The notes beneath the pieces were generated by a model. The model searched no databases. It was not told where the DNA came from and saw only the letters and a program-made list of their open reading frames with translations. The translations under genes were made by a program, and so were the position numbers. From the NCBI GenBank assembly GCA_020137815.1, contig CM035354.1, positions 3,968,001-4,032,000 on the forward strand: a stretch of DNA of 64,000 nucleotides, in the 5' to 3' direction. Origin of the DNA: Hormiphora californensis. Its lineage: Eukaryota > Animalia > Ctenophora. Of the stretch, positions 61,806 through 64,000 are shown piece by piece (positions within the stretch are counted from its first letter, which is position 1; the number at the start of each line of letters is the position of its first letter).

Positions 61806-63590
61806 TCAGATCAGTCCAGCCAGACTCTCCACGGAGGTCACCTCATGTTTCTCTCGGTCAGGGGTAGTGACGTAGATATTACCCTCAAACACCCACATAT
61901 CCCGAACTTGACCGTTCCGGTAGGCAGTTAGGGCCGCTTTCTTGATCTCCCGGCGACGGTTGGTCAGCTGCTCATCTACAAACAACTTCTGAGGGAACCT
62001 GGAACAAAGTCAGGATCAGTGTTAATCACCTGACACATAATGTCTTGCTGTTACAAATGTAAAGGAGGGTTAGAACATAACAAGACACAGATGTGTGAGC
62101 TGTAATGATGTAGTGTGGTTGATTATCTGCAGGATGCAGTGACTTCTTTTGGATTTTCTGGTGGTTGATTTGTGGAAAGGGCGTGAGTTGCTCTGCCGAA
62201 GTCTCATACAGCATACTCGCTCTGTGATGTCATTTAATAAAATAAAGTGGAGTGAGACCTACTGCAGCAGCACAATGCGTGAGAGTGTGGTACAATTACC
62301 GTTCGAAGCCCCGAATGGCCCTGATTGGGAAATGTTCCAGTTGTCTCTTCCTACGGAGAAGCTGTGATCTAGCCCTGAGGGCCTCCTCGTTGTGATAAAA
62401 CAGGGCAACCACCGGGCTTGTTCTACTGGGCCTCCTGCAAGATATTATTGAAAACTGTAAGACTGGGAAAGTACAATGGTATTAGCATAGTGAAAGAATG
62501 GGGGATGTGAATTCTGAACTGCAATGCCTCGTTAATACTAACCGGAACAGGTAGAAGATATCTCTGATGAGGTTTACTCTGAGAGGTACATCAACTGCCG
62601 TTGCAAGTCCGGCCACAAGTTGTTTCAGACGGCTCGGGGACAGCTGAGTGGGGACGTTGATGATAAGGATTCTGTCGTACAACTTATCTTGTCTCCTTCC
62701 ATCCTCCTCCCACTCTAGTTTCGCTATTCGCTCCTGGAAAATACAGGGGTTATCGAGTTGGTAGCACAGTATACCTACCCGTGGCTGGAGTGTGAAGTAT
62801 AGGGATTCTATGAGGGGATACTAAGGCTTGGAATGGTATGGGAAACATGTGATCATCTGTCAAAACGAAGAAGGACGTGAGTAATGAATGTGATCACATT
62901 GGGTGAAATAACGGTGAGCTTTCAAAATAAGTGTGATCACACTTCAGGGTGAAATAATTAAATAGTGATCTGTCAGGTGAAATGTGATCAGTGTGTGATC
63001 ACACTGGGTGTTTGTTACCATGCAGATTCTGTTGTTGACACTATTCTCCTCTGAGCTCTCCTGCCACTCACTAATACTCTCCATTATACCCTTGAAGAGA
63101 GCATCCAGTGCGGAATCAGTATACTGGCTCACAGCAACCTCACTACCCGTCAGGTGGGTCTCACTAGGGAGGTCTCTATCCCAACCCTGCCAGTCGTTAT
63201 CAGCCCACGGATTATTGTCTTCAATGTCACCCCAGGCATTGTCACTGTGGTTAGGACCCCATTCGGGCGGTGTTGCCACCCCCACCAGTGCATCAAGGTC
63301 TTCCACCCGCAGCGCTCCTTGGGTCAACCCTGCTGCCTCCAAACTCGCTGTACTGGGACCTGCAGCAGCGTTAATCGGGGCAGACTGCACCCTTCTACGG
63401 TTCTCACTGCTTGCATCATGAACGGATGATCTGGTCTCATTTCTGGGATCATGGACGGATGATCTGGTTTCACTAACGTGGTCGGGTATTGAGCTTAGAT
63501 TGGAAGTGATGGAAACCGTATCATCTCCAATAACTACAACACTGCTGCCAATACTACTTGTATCATCTTGTTGGGCTACAATTGGGGGAG
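61806..63590 (-). CDS. Intron-containing gene with a LINE ORF1p-like (coiled coil-RRM-CTD, FP25K-like) C-terminal half; 5' end unresolved
   Basis: Exons ~63590-63019, ~62734-62543, ~62435-62299 and 61998-61806: ERIAKLE..RILIINVP..LVAGLATAVDV..SPVVALF..RSQLLRRKRQL..LFVDEQLTNRRREIKKAA..GQVRDMWVFEGNIYV..VTSVESL. One apparent 1-nt deletion near 62400. Confidence 0.65.
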
Positions 63591-64000
63591 TTTACTTCTG
63601 GTTAGACACCATGGTTACCATGATGGTTACCATAATGGTTACCATAATGGTTACCATGGTTACATAAAACAACAACTAAACTGACTAAACTACCGGCGAT
63701 CAGGTTCTTACTAAATTGCGCTCTTTCCGACATTCTCTCTGATTTTCTTTGAAACAAAATGTATCTTTTCACAACTTTGGTGGCTTTCTCTGACTCTCGA
63801 AGCAATACAACAATTTAGGAAATGAATTAGTTAAGCTGTGATACAACGAGTATAGCTAGCTATCTCTCATGTGAAACAGCAGTGTGACAAACTACTGACT
63901 TTCACTGCCATAAGCAGGTCACAATCCCACACACATGTATTGATCTACAGCTGGGTGACGACTAGTCACTGGCGAGGTCATCACTCATCATGATTATATT

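Overview
Compact eukaryotic (early-branching animal-like) genomic DNA with GT-AG introns, CT/GA microsatellites and many MITEs. A ctenophore is plausible from the nested and tightly packed genes, but this is not proven. Genes, left to right: Abi-like (-, runs off the left edge); an intronless, very divergent telomerase reverse transcriptase (TERT)-like ORF (+, 2165-4018) that stops right after RT motif E; B-Raf (+), whose ATG lies only 148 bp after the TERT stop, behind a polyA/U-rich/branch-point/AG junction that looks like an operon or trans-splice site; a small unknown gene; a C9orf85/DUF2039-like gene; an acidic PEPVKEQT-repeat gene; MDM1 (-), with a secreted-protein ORF nested antisense in one intron; two intronless class A GPCRs; a secreted C-type lectin/EGF/fibrinogen-like/pentraxin-like mosaic gene; a PPN1/acid-sphingomyelinase-family phosphoesterase; and an intron-containing gene derived from a LINE ORF1p (-). 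Repeats include a 1.5-kb (CTTCC)n tract fused to a CCCTAA-containing 11-mer satellite, several TIR elements and a ~470-bp tandem array. The most interesting candidate is the minimal TERT (no thumb domain, degenerate T motif) apparently co-transcribed with Raf, with an unexplained structured GC-rich island upstream. Several single-base frameshifts suggest assembly indel errors. All calls come from reading the sequence by eye; no searches were run.
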